NCBI GenBank assembly: GCA_035221665.1
Contig: CM069150.1
Coordinates: 9,362,001 to 9,426,000, forward strand
Reading direction: 5' to 3'
DNA: 64,000 bases
Origin: Okamejei kenojei
Lineage: Eukaryota
Shown here: positions 48,707 to 62,328 of the stretch, one piece after another
How the letters are laid out: each line of letters begins with the position of its first letter
Numbering within the stretch: the stretch's first letter is position 1
Translations under genes and position numbers: made by a program
Notes under the pieces: generated by a model
Database searches by the model: none
Seen by the model: the letters and a program-made list of their open reading frames with translations, nothing else
What the model was told of the DNA's origin: nothing

Positions 48707-49581
48707 TAGAGCCAGGATGTTTAGGCACTAAAATCACTCTGAAAAAAGCAGGCAAAAAGGCATATTAAAATTACAAAAAAGGCATTTAATGACAAAAAAA
48801 GGGATGTATTTCCACCACCAAAATATGGTTAAAAATGATAATAAAGGTATATGACATTAAATGACCAAAGTTGCCTGGTTGCACATAATTATTTTCAAAT
48901 TACCTGGTGTTAAACTATGCCGTCTGTCAGACAGAATATGCTTCAGTTGTGAAAAACCTCTTTCTACCTCAGCTGAGGTCACTGGTGCATACCCAAAACA
49001 AGCTACAGACTCTATATTCATGTCGATATCTTATGCATTACAACTACCTTTGAGAACTTTAGCTATGTTTTGTATTTCTTCAAGATCTTTGTTAGCTAAA
49101 ATCACACTCACATTTTCCTTGTATGTCTTTACCTACATCGCCAGGAACATTACGAATATCGTCAGTTACTTTGTTGAAAACCTGCAAGTTATTCACTAAT
49201 GTTTGGCCATGTTTCTCAAGGGAAGTGATAGCTGGTGGGAAGTTTGCAATATTGGAAGCAATGAGTAGATTTTGGAGAAGACTGAACCAGCGGGCAGCGG
49301 CAAGAATGAATGAACGACCGATGGTGATGACCCCGGTTTCGCCCCGGTGGTGAAAATGTTCTTGTAATTTATACTATGTTAACACGTTAATAATATTAAA
49401 ATCAATGTGTTAACATAGAAACCGTCATTGTAATCACGGTACAGCTAGAGAAAGTAGCACAACCTTTTAGCAAAACAAAAGCCAATTTAGGCACTCGATC
49501 GTGAAAAAGACGTTATCCTGGTGAAATCATCAAAAATGGCATGAAACGGTACATGGCATTCGTGGCAAAATCCTGGCTCTA
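48707..49581 (-). mobile_element. Internally deleted hAT transposon retaining the transposase C-terminus
   Basis: TIR tagagccaggat / atcctggctcta; 8-bp TSD ctcatgag (48699-48706 and 49582-49589). The minus strand at about 49078-48895 reads EIQNIAKVLKGSCNA*DIDMNIESVACFGYAPVTSAEVERGFSQLKHILSDRRHSLTPGNLK, an S..ER.FS dimerisation-domain motif. Confidence 0.85.
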
Positions 49582-52274
49582 CTCATGAGGTATAGACTAA
49601 CCTAATTCAGCACCAGTTCTTTCCAAAGGATTCAGTTACTATTTGGCAGGAGCTTAACTTAATCTGCACCCCACCTCCCAGTCACCTAACCAATACTCCT
49701 CAAACTTAAAAGCAAACTTACTCGATACCTGCCCAGTATTTAATTTGGCCATTATATCATGTGGAAAATGCTATGAGAGCATCTCACCGAAAATGTTTCG
49801 TCATTTTCCTGGAGAGCAAGAGCTGGCCTGTGATCAATTATTTCTTGACTGTCCATGAAGGGGAGGGGGGGGAAAAGAGTTTGCTGCATACAAATTAGTC
49901 GTCACATTCCCTACTTTACGACAGCCACGACTCTTTAAGAAGCACCTCGAGACATCCAAAGCTTGAAAGGTTCGAGACAAATGCAAGTCCCTCTTCACAA
50001 GTGTGAAAGTCAGTGCTGAAGAGCAAGGAAAACGATACCCCGATGATCAACCAGGAGGCAAATAAATATGCAAAGGCAGGCCAGGTGTCATAGGGAAAAC
50101 AACGTTCCGAGAGCATCCCACTGGAAATGGTTCTTCATTTTCCTGGATAACTCACAGTTTGCCAGTGGGAGGAGATTTAAGTATTCAGAGACCGGCTGAA
50201 TCAGTTATACAACAAAAGAGCATGTCTCAACAGCGTGCCTAACCTAGTATTCATTAGTGGCCTCTTCCCCATTCCCCCTACCCACACCAAATCCTTCCCC
50301 AAATTCAAACATTTCCAATCCAAAGAGTATGTTGCAGTAAATACAATCCAATATTCACTTCCAAAATTAAATGGCCAAGTTTCATGCATTATGAATATTG
50401 AGATAGGAGTGCACCCACACAGAATCCTGCTTGTAATTTCTTATCTCAGGCACTGCATACTTACCCTGTTATAGTAATGAGAACTCAGAAATTAAACCAT
50501 ACTGTAAATCCCAGAGCACCATAACTTAACTCTCTATGGACCATAATGTCCTATGGGTCTTCAGACCAGGGCTCAGTGGATTGCTCACACCATACAATGG
50601 GTTTTAGCTCCCCTCCTTCACCCAAGGGCATTCAGTGGGTAATGCCAGGAATTCCTTCCTACCCATAGATGCTAAGGGCCTAGCTGAATCCACTGCAGTA
50701 CATGCGGTTGTTCCATCAGGGCAAACTCCTGAGCAGAGTGAATGCAAGTCAGATTCCCTTGGCTGCTATCCAGGAACCAGGGCCCCTTTCAGAATTAGGC
50801 AGCCATTTAAGAATGGGATAAAGAAAAATCTCTTCCCCCATGGGTTGTCAAACATTGTCTACCACAGGAGGAATGCGTTAGACATCATCATAGCTGAGAT
50901 CCAATGAGTAAACAACAAGAGGGATCCAAGGATGGAGCAGGAAGTGGTTAGGTTCAGCCTCGAGGACTTGTGGCATTCTTGCAACCTCCTGTTTATGTTG
51001 GTAGGAAGCTCCAGGTTTATGACTCAGTGAAGAAACTACTTAATGGGTTCAAAGCCTGTAGGACCCACGGGGAAATTAGAGTCCTCCCCTTCCATCTGCT
51101 GGCCTTGGCCTTGTTGGTACAGGAGATTACCAACTGAGGAACTGTTGCTGATGAAGCCCCTAGGATGATACATTCCCAATCTTAAGCAGCAGATTTCATC
51201 GCTCCTCCCTGCCGCTTCAGCCAGTGAGATCTGATCAATTTTAGATCTCAACTCCACATGTCTATAAATCTTCCCATCACCTTCCTGGCTGTGAGTGAAA
51301 GGCCAGTGTTTTCTCCAGCCCCTCAACATCACTCAAGCAAGCCACTCTTCCCCAGCTCCAAATCCGTAAATCAATCCTGGAATATCTTGCCATATCTCAC
51401 CCATCTCCTTAGCAGGCTTCATAAATAGGTACCAGTCTCCCGACTCCACCGCTCCCCATAATTCCAGGGATCTGTCCCCCATTACCAAATCCCCTGGATC
51501 TCGGGCACAGCCCACATATCACTGAAAGGCACATACATAGAGTCACACTCAAAATAGAAAGAGGGCATCTGACTCTGTCTAATAGGTAGCAGTAACTGTT
51601 GTATGAACCTGTATTTCACAAAAAGCAATGTTACTTGGGTAGACTAGTTACTATGTTGTCAGTACATGCATGGATTAGGCAGCTCCCAGTCACAGATCAA
51701 GGCAATGTACCAATATTGTCAGCACAAGACACTACAGATCTGGAGCAAAAAGAGCTGCTGAAAGAACTCAGTGTATCGGCCTCTATTGTGGAGGGAAATG
51801 GACAGTTAACTTCTCACATTGAGACTCTTCATTTAACCATCTTTTAATCCACAAGGTGGAGGAGAGGAACTGGTTGGACCTACGTTCTAGAACGCAGCGG
51901 GCCCCAAGGGGTTTGTGAGGGAAGCAGGAAGTGTATACTGCCCTAATTTGACAAAAGGGAGCAACTGACAGTTTTGTCAAAATTGAGTTATTGCTTATTT
52001 TAGGGTATTTGAGATATGCTCCACACAATGGTGAACAAAATAAGTCCTTCTCCGAGTACAATTTGAAAATATGGGTAGAGGACGTGCTCCTCACAAGAGC
52101 AATTCCTGGTTGCCAAGAGTGGTCAGCCATCACTCCGCGTGGCAAAGGTACTCCCGTACAGCTGTAAGGAGTCTCAGTATTGTGGCCGTTTAGTAGCTTG
52201 AAACAGTGTGGTGTGGTTGGGTCACCTCCAGTTCAGCCTCAAGGCATTGGCGGGTGGGCCAAAGTAAGGCGCCA

Positions 52275-52395
52275 AGTGCTGGAGTAACTCGGTGTTTAAG
52301 AAGGAACTGCAGATGCTGGAAATTCGAAGGTAGACAAAAATGCTGGAGAAACTCAGGGGGTGAGGCAGCATCTATGGAGTGAAGGAAATAGGCAG
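52275..52395. mobile_element. Penelope-derived terminal-repeat fragments (type A start plus type B)
   Basis: gctggagtaactc followed by gtttaagaaggaactgcagatgctgg...gaaggaaataggc. Confidence 0.75.
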
Positions 52396-53439
52396 TAGGT
52401 CGGGCAGCATCTGTGGAGAACGTGGATGGGAGAAAAATGTGGGCCGGATGAGAAAGGCAACTTTCCTATCTTAATGGCTTTTACACCAATCCCAGTCTCC
52501 CCTCCCTGATCACCCACATCACAGCCCTGGGCATCTCCACTTTCTGCTCCCACCATCAATCAAAACACCAACAACATCATGGGCCACATGTCTGATGGAC
52601 CGACATGACCATCACTTTTGCCAAAACCGGTTTTTCATTTTATAAAGGGATTGCATTTTTTATGCAAACATGGTGTGATTTAAAATTAACATCTGGGGTT
52701 ATTGGTCAAGGCACCCAAATTGAAGGATTAGTGGACCCATCTAATGGACAGAAAGTGCAAACCTGTTTGTAGCACAATCCAAGCTGTGAAAAATGATGCC
52801 ATCTTCTGAGGAGATGCCTACCCACCCGAGGGAGTGGGAGCAAGAACATTATTCTAAAGAGCTGGAGAATTCTCCCCATAACCCAGCCCGTCAAACAACA
52901 TTAGGAGCTACTTGTGGAAGCTTGCGGGCTGCTCTTTTGCCGTTTCCTACATCAGTAGCTCACTGGCAGTGAAACATCCTGGTTATCCTAAAGAGGGGTG
53001 CATAAGGAGGCCAGTGAATGCAAGACTTTGCTTTTCTCGCCCAAGTCAGTGAACAGCAGAGCGTGATACAGAATTCCCAGAAACAACATCGAAACCATCA
53101 AGGATTCATTAGTCATCCTCTCCACATGCCACCACAAATCAAGCAAGCTATCAAATCCCCATGACTGGAGATCCCACATCAAATCAATAAGACTCACACC
53201 TCGTGATAAAGCAAAGCAAAGATCAAGTGACTCAAAGATAGGTGTAGTTTGACACTAGTTCAAGAACCAAAGGACTAGAAGCAGCAATTGGCCACTTGGC
53301 CTATAGTGCCAGCTCTGCCATTCAATAAAATGTGCACCACCACAACACTCCCCTCTACTATCTTGTAATATTTAAAAAAACAGATCTTCATCTTAAGTAC
53401 ACTCAACAATTGAGCCTTGAGAGCCCTCTTGGATACATG

Positions 53440-53605
53440 TTGTGGGGTGACGCCTGTATGGTCGTAAGTAGTCGCCCAAACAGTCGTACCTTTTTCCGGT
53501 CGCTGCTGGATTTTCAACATGTTGAACATTTTCGGAGACCTGCTGCGACTATGACGGGTGCTGGCAAGTCGCCCAATAAAATATTGTGTAAGTGGGACAG
53601 GCCCT
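53440..53605. mobile_element. Right half of the Harbinger-like foldback MITE
   Basis: Homologous to 43695-43854; ends aagtgggacaggccct followed by TTA. Confidence 0.8.
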
Positions 53606-54944
53606 TTACCAGGGCCCAATGTCATTGCAATTCAACATGTTTTGTCTTTGAATAAATTGCAATTGAATTATTCTGCATCTTATACTGCAGAAAAATAAAA
53701 TCGGAACAAGGAATATTTTGGGCTTGACACTTTGGCAGTGTTACTGGAGGCGTTTTCTACTTTCCAAAAATCTGTGCCTTTCATTTATCCACCACCTCAA
53801 GAAGCCTGGATATGCGTAGATAACAAACAAGAATTGACTGCATAGTCTGCTGAAGTAAATAATTTAACTCAGCATTTGTAGATTTAATAGAAAGCCATGG
53901 CTAACAAGGACAGTGGTAATTTCAGATCCCTCTTCAGAAACTGGACCGATATTCCCAGGGAGAGCGCTGCCTATTGGAGGTGCCATCATTACCTCAAGAC
54001 CACTCTTCCCTACATTGCCCCAGGAGCAAATAACATCCCAGCTGAAATTCTAAAGTGTGACAAAGCATTTGTTAGTCACCAATTCAGAAGCACATCTCGC
54101 ATGTCTCAGAAGGGACCTCAGTGAGATACCATTTCCTTCCCCACTGCTTAGTATCTGAAGTGCACGCCATCTACAAAATGTTACTCATCCAGGTTTCTAC
54201 GTTCCCAACCAACAACCTCTACCACCAAGGGCAAGAGGTGCATCGGAACACCACCACCTATAGGCTCCCCTCTGACTTGCACACCACCCCGACTTGGAAA
54301 TATATCAATATTCTGATGATACAAGTCTAACTTTCAACACGATAGCTCCTTCACCGGAAAGATTGCATAGGATAGAGGTGACAACTCACCACTATCTTGA
54401 GAGGCAACTAGGGATGGGCAATAAATGGTGGCCGCTTCCACATTGCCCAGATCCCTCAAAATGAATCAGTAAACTACTCTTCAGTTGGGACCATCTACAA
54501 ACCTGTGTAATTTTTCCACACATTGGATACAGGCAACAGTTGCTTCAGAACTCTAGATCAGACATTAGGAAGAATGCCAAAAAGGAAAGAACATCACGTC
54601 ATTTCAACAAACACTGATGGTTTCCAGATCCCAAATAGTTTCAGGACAGGAGGAGGCCAATTTCATTCACTGTAATCATTCAACATCAGAGCCATGGACT
54701 TTAATCCCGGTTTCCTTCGCTTCCCTCAATCCTTCGCAGTTAAAAAATATATACTTTTCCAATCACGAGGCCCTTGTGGTAATGGAAACCACATTTATAG
54801 AACCACATCTTGCAACACAGAGGAATGCCATTTGTTTTATCGACCAAATGACTCCCGATGATTTTCATCCATTCTTTTAGACTTCTCTCCAAGCAAGTAC
54901 CCCACATCCCATTCAAATTCCAATCCCATAGAGGCAGAATCATA

Positions 54945-55460
54945 CAGCATAGAAAGAAACAAGGATCTTTGGTCCACTATTTCTATGCTGACCATCAAAT
55001 ATCTTTCTCCGATCCCATTTGCCAGCTCCCAGCTGCAGCATTCTAGGTCTTGGGTATTCAAGTGTTTGTCCAGATACTTTGCGAGTAGCTGCCTCCACCA
55101 CCCACTTTCAGCTTCCAACCACACTCTATGAAAAAGTCCTCAGATTTCCTCTATGCCTTACCCTAAACCTTTGCTCTCAATCCTGAACAATTTTGCAATG
55201 AGATGAAGTTCACACTTCGAAACCCTCCTCGTTTTTACTCCTATTTTCTGCATCTCAATTAGGTCCCCCAGTTGACTTCCACCATTCCAAAGAAAACATG
55301 CCCAACATCAAGTCTCTTTATAATCAAAACTGGTCATCCCAGGCCAGTGGGATTTCCTCTGTACCCACTGCAGTACAATCACATCCTACCTATTTATTGT
55401 GTGGCGACCAGAACTGTATGCGGTACTCCAGATGTGACCCAACCAATGTTTCGATAACCA
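54945..55460 (-). mobile_element. Old CR1-type LINE 3' fragment
   Basis: catacagcatagaaa...tttgtccagatactt...cctccaccaccc...ccaaagaaaaca...gcgaccagaactgtatgcggtactccagatgtg. Confidence 0.55.
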
Positions 55461-56752
55461 CTCTTTAATATCGAAGGGTATGCCTTCTCGACTTCATCTT
55501 CCCAGCCCACCACTTCCAGTTTTTGGACATGCGTCTTTGTAACTCCAAAACAAAGGAATTTAGAAAGGGGAGGTTACAAGTTAATTCTATTCCTCTATAG
55601 TCGATGTAAATAAATCAGAGGAGACCAGGGTCAATACTGTCACCAAGCCTAATTGGAATGTGTCCCGATGGGCGAGTTGGGCAAGTGGAAACCGTTCCCA
55701 TTGATGTCAGTATAATTTGATAAGAAATTTGGATTGCATTGTCGAGTTTCCTTCATACATACTCCGATTCCATTCTAGTGAACTTACACAAAATATTGTA
55801 ACTTTGGCTGCTAGCTTAGAACAAGCAATGCCTAAACAATTGAAGAACGAAACTGGCATCATTATAACATTGGCAAGTTTGTTAAAGACTTAAAGAAAAT
55901 CACAAATAAATTACAGGCGTGCTGACATCTTGTGTGGGTTATGTCACTGCAAGTGTGGATGCTTTTGTGGCCTTCTAATCTTATAAGCATTGCCTGAGCA
56001 CACTGCAAAGCCCACCCGTGTTCTCACAAATGGAATCTTTGTTGCAGAGAGGTTATGAATTTCTCGACAGATAGTCGGGAGATAAGGTGTTGAAGGCAGA
56101 CAGCTCGCATCCCACTGCAGTCTCATCTGTGACACCTGAATAAATGGGAAGCATCGCCTCTTCAGCCAACTGCACAACAGTTTGATGTTCCAAGATGACT
56201 ATTGCCTCAACACTTTGCAAAGAAACACTTTCAAGATTGTTAAGCCAATGGATCTTTCTGCAACACACTGGAGTGTTGGCGTTGTGGAGCCCATCCCGCT
56301 TAACACTCTGGGCAAGTTTTCTCATGGCATCTTCTGGCTGTGGACCTCTGGTAACCATGTAGATGAACAACATGAAATGCACTCTCAACATGTCCACTGC
56401 CACCAACAGGAAACTTCAGGAGCAATGATGTGTTCACTAATCTATATCAGCATCTATTCAGGCAACTCCTTAGCCTTCAAGGTTTTCTCATTGCTTTCAG
56501 CCCAACTGGGGTTGCTGTGTGGATGCCAAACCACTTGCTGTTTCGTGAATGGTGAAGTGGCACCAAAAGGTTCAGGATGCCCACATTGCAGACTCCCACA
56601 CTTTGGCTGCAATCACACCCTCTACCGACAAGACATCCTGTTGTGTGGAGCATGGGCTTTTTGGCTGCCAATATTTGGGTCGCAGCTTAAACACTTTACC
56701 TGATGATCCAGGTTTAGGTGAGAAGAAACATCAGCCTCTGGATTTAGATTAT

Positions 56753-57024
56753 AGGGCCTGTCCCACGTGCGCGATTGTTTTCAGCGACTGTCAGCACCCG
56801 TCATAGTCGCAGCAGGTCGCCAAAAAATTTAGAGATGTTGAAAATCCAGCGGCGACTAGAAAAAGGTACGACTCTTTGGGCGACTACTCGCGACATGTCA
56901 CGGGGTGACGCCTGTTTGGTCGCGAGTAGTCGCCCAAAGAGTCGTACCTTTTTCGACAACCTGCTGCGACTATGACGGGTGCCAGCAGTCGCTGAAAAAA
57001 GATTGAGCAAGCGGGACAGGCTCT
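56753..57024. mobile_element. Harbinger-like foldback MITE, almost fully palindromic
   Basis: TIR agggcctgtcccac / gcgggacaggctct; inner arms aaaaaggtacgactctttgggcgactactcgcgac and gtcgcgagtagtcgcccaaagagtcgtaccttttt. Confidence 0.85.
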
Positions 57025-57657
57025 TGAAAATGAAACGCCTGGAGTTTCAAATATATATATTTACGGACTAAGCCGTTTAGATGCCAAAGACTGCAACATC
57101 TGCAGCGGGATAGACGTGCTAGACTGTTTAACAGACAAACAGAAAATATGATGAAAATAGTGTTCTACAAATAGCCTTTTCCCCTCATACTAGCGGTAAT
57201 CAGAAGTCACACATTGGAGATTAACAAGATGGAGCCAGCTGGAACAACACAAGACACAGACAGGCTAAGTGACATCTTGCTCATCCTAATAACTGATTGA
57301 CCAGTTCAACAAATCTTCTCATTTATTCTAAACGCTCTGCACTCACCTCTGATTGCAGTTACGTAAATAAATGGAACTGGCACAGGGGAAGAACGGGGAG
57401 CCAAGAGGAATAACTGCAGGGGCTGGAAACACTCAGGTCAGGCAGCATGTGTGGAGAAGGTAAATGTCAACCATTTGTCTGGATTTAGAATCAGAGACGT
57501 AAAGTCTGGAATTTATCCAGGAATTCAATTTCAGGATCTTTTCTTTTCCCGAAGATGCTTCCACAAGGAGTGCAGTTTAATGACTGTCAGCATTATGCAC
57601 GAACCTGAATATTGTGCGTGCGAGCACTTTCCAAAATGTTCCTTGCATTGTCAGAAG

Positions 57658-58042
57658 CAAAGATCCTATAGCGGAGCAAGATAGACCACTCCTGCTAAAT
57701 GCAATGGGCTGACGTGTAGTACGCAACGGAGGCCTTTTTTCATCCATTTCAGTAACCCGTCCCGACTCACAGTGTAATCAACGTTACGGGGAAACAGTTT
57801 GTGTTAATAAATTATAATTCTAAAAATGAGAAGTTTATTACCAAAGAACTTTTATTTTTATGAGGATGTTTCCGTAACCGGCTTCCGTCTCCACACTAGT
57901 ATCTTTGATCCGCTGTGGGATCTTTGGTGTGGAGACGGAAGCCGGTTACGGAAATGGGGCCGAAAATTACCCATGAACCTGCCCGTGATCGTACTACGTC
58001 TTTTTCGTCGAGTGGGCTATCCTGGTCGCTATAGGATCTTTG
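57658..58042. mobile_element. Non-autonomous DNA transposon, P-element-like or hAT-like termini
   Basis: ~34-bp TIR caaagatcctatagcg.agcaagatagaccactc / gagtgggctatcctggtcgctataggatctttg; TSD gtcagaa(g/a) at 57650-57657 and 58043-58050. Confidence 0.8.
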
Positions 58043-58097
58043 GTCAGAAACTGAGCATTCCCGTCCCTGGCCCAGCAGGAATATCTGCAGGAAAGAC

Positions 58098-58212
58098 CTG
58101 TAGATGCTGGTTTAAATCGAAGAAACACAAAATGCTGGATTAACTCATTGGGACAGGCAGCATCTCTGAAGTGAAGGAATGGGTGACGTTTCAGGTTGAG
58201 ACCCTTTTTCAG
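58098..58212. mobile_element. Penelope-derived terminal-repeat half
   Basis: gatgctggtttaaatcgaagaaacacaaaatgctgga...gggtgacgtttcagg. Confidence 0.75.
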
Positions 58213-58380
58213 TGTCCGCTGATGCCCTCAGCTCGGACTGGGTACCTCTGTTCTGCACAATTCACTGTTACACAGCATTGAAATTTGATAGGGAGGGAAA
58301 GATGGGTTTGAATTGCTGCAACGGTTCAACCTGCAATACCATGGACCAGCACATTTCACTGCAAAACAAGCAACGTCAAA

Positions 58381-58567
58381 GATAGACACAAAAAACTGGA
58401 GTAACTCAGCAAGACAGACAGCATCTCTGGAGAAAAGGAATGAGAATAGTGAGACCCGAAACGTCACCTATTCCTTTTCTCCAGAGACGCTGTCTGACCC
58501 ACTGAGTTACTCCAGTTTTTTGTGTCTATCTTCAGTTTAAACCAACATTTGCATGTTCCTTCATACA
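58381..58567. mobile_element. Palindromic Penelope-derived mini-element (type A)
   Basis: gatagacacaaaaaactggagtaactcag paired with ctgagttactccagttttttgtgtctatc. Confidence 0.85.
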
Positions 58568-58794
58568 CAAGCAAAGGCAAGGGCTGGTTTGTAAAAGGCA
58601 GCGGAGGTTCAATTCCACAGCCAGTCTATTGAATGCACCCTGAAGGTGTGATTCACACCAAGGGTTGGTTTAGCAGAGAGGGTTGGCGCAGTGTCAGACT
58701 CACAGTAAACTCCACAGCACTCTGCATTCTACACAAGTGATTGTCCACAGGCCCATGACCACCATTGGCCAACTGTGTTCTGGACATAGCTAGA

Positions 58795-58882
58795 GTCTGA
58801 AGAAGGGTCTCGACCCGAAACGTCGCCTATCTCCTTAGATGCTGCTTGCACCCGCTGAGTTTCTCCAGCTTTTTGTGTACCC
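58795..58882 (+). mobile_element. Penelope-derived half with an intact hammerhead core (58797-58824)
   Basis: ctgaagaagggtctcgacccgaaacgtcgcctatctcctt...; the reverse complement lies at 63279-63372. Flanked by duplicated ctgtgttctggacat. Confidence 0.8.
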
Positions 58883-60455
58883 TGTGTTCTGGACATCCTT
58901 CCCACGCATCCCTCTGGCCCGTGAAGCCCTGCTTATTCAAATACCACCCACAATCACTTCATTCCCCATCAGGCATGTTCAGCACCCGATAAGTTCCCAA
59001 TTATCCCAAATTCACACCAGGGATATCTCTGGCCAATTGCTTCAATATCTGCATTTAATAGCAAGGATGGTGATGGAATGATTAAAGATAAATTGTTCCA
59101 AGTGGCAGGTGAATTAGTAAACATTACAGATAAAAACAGTGAGCTGATGCAATCTGGAACACAATGAAAGGGGTTTGAAGGAAATCACAGAGCTATGGGG
59201 AGAGGCAGAGGAGTCAACTCGGACTGTTCTTGCACAGGACATGTTGGGCAAAATGGCAGCCTCCCACACTGGCACATGTGATTGTCCCAGAGGATGGTGG
59301 AACCCAACAAACAGTAACTTTCCCAGTAGGCTCCATAAATACTTGTAAAGGAAAACATTTGTAAGGCCATTGGGAAATCGGAGCAACCGAGTTATGTAAC
59401 ACACTCAAAAAAAGCCAACACAAGCATGATGGGCCAAATGGCCTCCTACCTAGCTGGGAGACGGAGAGTAGTCCACCCGCCCCCTCCTTTCTGAAGCTTC
59501 TACAATCTTCAAAGGTCGCCAGTCAATTGCAACAATTAAGCATTCTGCAAGATCTATTTCTTGGAAATCGTACAAAATTGTTGAAAAATCTCGAGCTTCA
59601 TTGAGAACAAAGCAGATGGGAAGGAAGGAAGGAAGAGTTGTCAACAAAATAATCATGGTCATAATTGAAAGGGTGTCATTGTACTGCGGGATGCCAATCA
59701 GTCCCCATCGCCACAAGCACTTCAGAGGTCTCGTCATGCTGGCCTGTTATGATTGTTGACTGTAGGATAATTAGACTATTAACTCACTAGAACATTTTGT
59801 ACAGGGAAAAGGTCAGACTTCAGCCAATTTGGCCCACGATGTAACCTTTTCCAGCACATGCACCAGCATCTCCAAGGCTATGCTGTCAACAACAACACAG
59901 GCCAGCACACCCATCAAGAGGACTCGTGCTGGATCCATGCCTCAATATTTGTTTTGAAACAACTGGACCAGTGACTGTGACGTAGATAATCAGAAAACAT
60001 TCCAATATCCACACAGCTGGAACACAAGAGCAAGAGGGCGGCCATTCAACGCTTCTAGCCTGGACAACAATTCAGTCAGACCATCGAAACTCTCATCTGC
60101 TTTGCTCATCATCATTAATACCATTACATTTGTATCTTAAACTTGATCACTGCCAGCCCTTCGAGGGATGGATTTATTAAACCTCAATTTAGACAATTTA
60201 TTAACATCTCAATTTAGACATCCATTATTCACTATCTGCTTCCCCTTCTTTAAAGAATCTGCTCAAAACCAACTTCTGAATATTAGGATTTCCTGTCCTA
60301 AACTCTCAACGTCTTGTTACGGAGTCAAAGTCACCACCTGGTCTGTGCAAGAATTTTTGCCATTCAAATGTATTCTCCAAAATACCTGATGTGCTAGAAG
60401 CTGATGTTATAAAAATGGGTCATTTTCAAAGTAGACAATGAGCTCACCCAAAAAA

Positions 60456-60731
60456 AAAGTGCTGGAATAACTTAGCAGGTCATGTAGCATCTTTGGAGAA
60501 CATGGACAGGTGACGTTTCAGGTTGGTACCCTTCCTCAGACTGGTGTGTGAATGGGAAATACAGGTGAGGTAGGTTTTTGATGACAGGCAGATGGTTGGA
60601 TAAAGTCCAGAGATGAAAAGACAAAAAAAAGTGCGAGTTAGGGAAAGAAGTTGTGTGAATTGTGAAGTTAAGAGTAAGGAATATGGGTGGGAGGAGAGAA
60701 ATGAAGCAAGTCCAAGTGAGGCACAGAGAAG

Positions 60732-60771
<40 letters not shown>

Positions 60772-60812
60772 GTGTAGGTTAGTTAGGTGTTGTAGGTTAG
60801 TTAGTTACCTAA
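60456..60812 (-). mobile_element. Decayed Penelope-like 3' end
   Basis: gtgctggaataacttagcaggtc...ggtgacgtttcagg..cccttcctcagac, a purine-rich spacer, then gttacctaaaa. Confidence 0.6.
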
Positions 60813-62126
60813 AACCGAGACTAACCAAACTTGAAATATCTTGGACAGTGTGCCACAATAAACCGAGGCTAAAACAATAGGATTCAAACTACTGTTAATC
60901 TAAGGATAATGAGGCCTGGGAAACATAGATAAAGGACACAAAAACCATGCGCAGTTATTGTCTGGATGGACCAGGAAAGAGCAAATTACCAATCCCTATT
61001 GCAAATGGCGTGTGCTGAGAGAAACATTCATAGCCTGCAACAGAGTCCAATCTCAAGGGAGCAAACAAGTGAATGTTGAACAGAAGGTAGACACAAAATG
61101 CTGAAAAAAGCAGCAGCATAAATGAACCACCAACAATGTTCTCTCCCAGGTTAAAACCCCCAGGAGAAGCCCCGACTATACTCAATCGACTGTCAGAAAG
61201 GCCAGGGTGCACACAGGATGACATCAGATATTCTGCTCTGAGCTCTGGCACAGCAAGCGATCATTGGGTGGATGAAGGAAAGTCTGTTCTCAAAACCTCC
61301 TTTTATTAAAGTGCAACATCCACGCTGCCTCACAGGAATCCTAACCAGTGACCACTGAGTAAGAACTGAATTCTCTTATTGGGAACACTTCATGTACACA
61401 GTGCAAGGGGGATGCTTGCTCCTGAATTACACACCTCCTCCTCCATTTGCAGGTCTTACATTGTCCTTAGTCATTTAAAACCCCATGGAAATGGAGTAGA
61501 GGTCATCCAAATCCAAGGACCACCCATGTTAGCATAAGAAGATCTGGAATTTCCTCAGGATTATGGAGGGGGCAGGAGGTAGAAACTGCCAAAATCAGCC
61601 AGACTGCAAATATCGTCCAATTTTTACTACTGCAATAGGAGGTTTTACTGCATTACTATGGTATTTTTGTTTTTAAAGCATCATTGGTCAAGGAGGAATT
61701 AAAATAAAAATCAGCAGCTTTTGTGCCTTCAGGTTCATTACGCAGCAACAGAAGCAAGAAATACGAACCAACATGACATTTATTTAGCCACACAATTAAA
61801 TATTCTGTGGCATTTAGCTGGGCAATGAATGGAAGGAACATGTAGTAGGATAAGGACTATTACACCCTCGCATTTGTGTTCATGGCTGCCCTTAACATGC
61901 ACTTCAATTAATGCGTTACGGAAAGCGGCCACACTTGCGAGGTGGAAACAGCCCAAACTTTATTCTTCGGAAGAACGGGCCGGGATTCAAAACCAGGCAA
62001 CGCCCATCTCCTTTTCCCTCCTCTTTCTCCAAGCCACAACAGGTCTGGTGGTGGAACAGCTTAATCATTAACTCATGTGAGACAGATTCATTCTTTCAAA
62101 GCAGCTCAGGACTACTGGAAGCCGGA

Positions 62127-62328
62127 TAAAAAATGCCGGGGGAAAATTCAGCGGGTGCTGCAGCATCTATGGTGCGAAGGAAATAGGAAACGTTGCCCAT
62201 TTCCTTCATGGTTTCGGCCAGAAACGTTGCCCGTTTCCTTCGCTCCATAGATGCTGCCGCACCCGCTGAGTTTCTCCAGCACTTTTGTCTACCTTCGACT
62301 TTCCAGCATCTGCAGTTGCTTCTTAAAC
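62127..62328. mobile_element. Palindromic Penelope-derived mini-element (type B)
   Basis: tcagcgggtgctgcagcatctatgg paired with ccatagatgctgccgcacccgctga. Confidence 0.8.

Noticed and set aside
54010-54062. APGANNIPAEILKC resembling an RTE-type RT motif
   Set aside because: Too short and isolated to delimit an element; at most an ancient fragment.
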